DNA of 38,398 nt from Octopus bimaculoides (lineage: Eukaryota): positions 173,532,835 through 173,571,232 of the forward strand of contig NC_068982.1 in the NCBI RefSeq assembly GCF_001194135.2. The letters are read 5' to 3'. Each line of letters starts with the position of its first letter. Positions within the stretch are counted from its first letter, which is position 1. Shown here piece by piece: positions 36,911 through 38,398 of this stretch. Below the pieces are notes generated by a model that saw nothing but the letters and a program-made list of their open reading frames with translations, had not been told where the DNA came from and did no database searches. Made by a program: the position numbers and the translations under genes.

Positions 36911-38398
36911 NNNNNNNNNNNNNNNNNNNNNNNNNNNNNNNNNNNNNNNNNNNNNNNNNNNNNNNNNNNNNNNNNNNNNNNNNNNNNNNNNNNNNNNNNN
37001 NNNNNNNNNNNNNNNNNNNNNNNNNNNNNNNNNNNNNNNNNNNNNNNNNNNNNNNNNNNNNNNNNNNNNNNNNNNNNNNNNNNNNNNNNNNNNNNNNNNN
37101 NNNNNNNNNNNNNNNNNNNNNNNNNNNNNNNNNNNNNNNNNNNNNNNNNNNNNNNNNNNNNNNNNNNNNNNNNNNNNNNNNNNNNNNNNNNNNNNNNNNN
37201 NNNNNNNNNNNNNNNNNNNNNNNNNNNCTAATGTCGCCACTTGTCAAAGTAATTCGTGACGAAGATCTCTTTTGAATTCTTTTATCTAAGCAAGCAAGAA
37301 AAAGAAAAAGAAATCCTGCAAAAGGATGAAAGATACTAAGAAATATATATTTAAGCAGGCTCTGCTTTATTATATAATTTATATCCTATAGTGTGGCATC
37401 CAGCTAAATATATAATATACATAAATCCTATTTCTGAGGTTTGATTGAATGTACATAGAGAATAGATTGAATTATAAACAGTACCAAATTATTTTTTTAT
37501 ATTCTGACTTTATTTTTCCTAATTACCCCCCATACTTCTCTTAACAAAGAGAAGGATCCTGTCAGAGGGTTCCAGTTGATCTGGGTGAGGTGATGTGGAC
37601 TCCTTCCCTTCTCTGATGAAATGCACAATCACTCTATTAACTGCAGAAAGCTGAATCCCAAGGTTATTTTTTGCGATTTCACGCTATGTCCACCTTCAGA
37701 ATGACCCAGAATATGGCTGCTTTCTTTTGTACATGGCATAATCAAACATACAGAACCTGAAACATAAAAATGTCCATTAATAAAAAATATATACCTTTAC
37801 AAGTTAGAATGAACATAAAATGATGTTTTATAGCGTGTCTATTTACTTCTATCATATCCATGTATATATGTGAGAGAGACTGTGCGCGCGCGCTCGTTTG
37901 TGTTTGTATATAATTATGCATGTAAGCATGTACCTGTGTTTGTAAGAATATGTGTGTGTATGTAATTACATGTTAAATACGCATTTTTAAATACCAGTGC
38001 GAAAATGAAAAGCAACAACCAATACGATGACTAGAATTGAAACAATTTTCACTCGCTCTCAAAGCAAATGTGTGACAATTTTTTGTATTCGGTGTTAACA
38101 CTTACTACTACTTTCCTAATTAAATAAGATTTTCTATCTTTAGTATTAAATGTCTACATGTTGAACATAAAAAGAACATATTTTGGAGACAATTGCTTGA
38201 TAGTGAAGTTAGAGATTATATATAATTTGGAAGGATGGTGATTGTATATAAACGGTATATAGTTTTCTTTAATAAAGAAGATATTTTTGTGTGTACTTGT
38301 GAATGTGTATTTAACATGTGGAGCGTCGTGCACCTGTAGGTAATGTGGATTTGATGGAGGAAGTGAGCTTATGTGAACACAAACATTTGATCACTATA

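Noticed and set aside
36698-37275. Poly-I/Y/N/Q ORFs
   Set aside because: Translations of the triplet microsatellite plus gap. The same applies to all YI/HT/CV/LS/ER-repeat ORFs in the track.
37608-37680. Hammerhead-like CTGATGA...TGCA...TGCA-GAAA
   Set aside because: The core words are present, but no stem I partner and no valid stem III plus NUH could be formed.

Overview
AT-rich, microsatellite-saturated eukaryotic genomic DNA with 13 N-gaps, most of them bordered by simple repeats as in a short-read assembly. The repeat families look like those of octopus or another coleoid cephalopod; this is my inference and needs BLAST confirmation. No bacterial-type genes, rRNA, true tRNA or CRISPR array are supported, and most track ORFs are artefacts of microsatellites or gaps. 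Supported content: (i) at least three tRNA-derived SINE families in about 10 copies; (ii) decayed retroelements, namely an L1/Tx1 3' end, an RTE-like 3' end and two different Penelope-like elements (PLEs); (iii) DNA transposons, namely a hAT-type MITE, Tc1/mariner fragments and a 1.5-kb Tc1 fold-back built from two inverted transposase 3' halves; (iv) three minimal type I hammerhead-ribozyme folds, two of them inside ~170-195 bp (TA)n-flanked non-coding repeats; (v) a 69-nt near-perfect hairpin; (vi) three in-frame spliceable exons (17522-18185, +) of an unrecognised protein that the ORF track misses.
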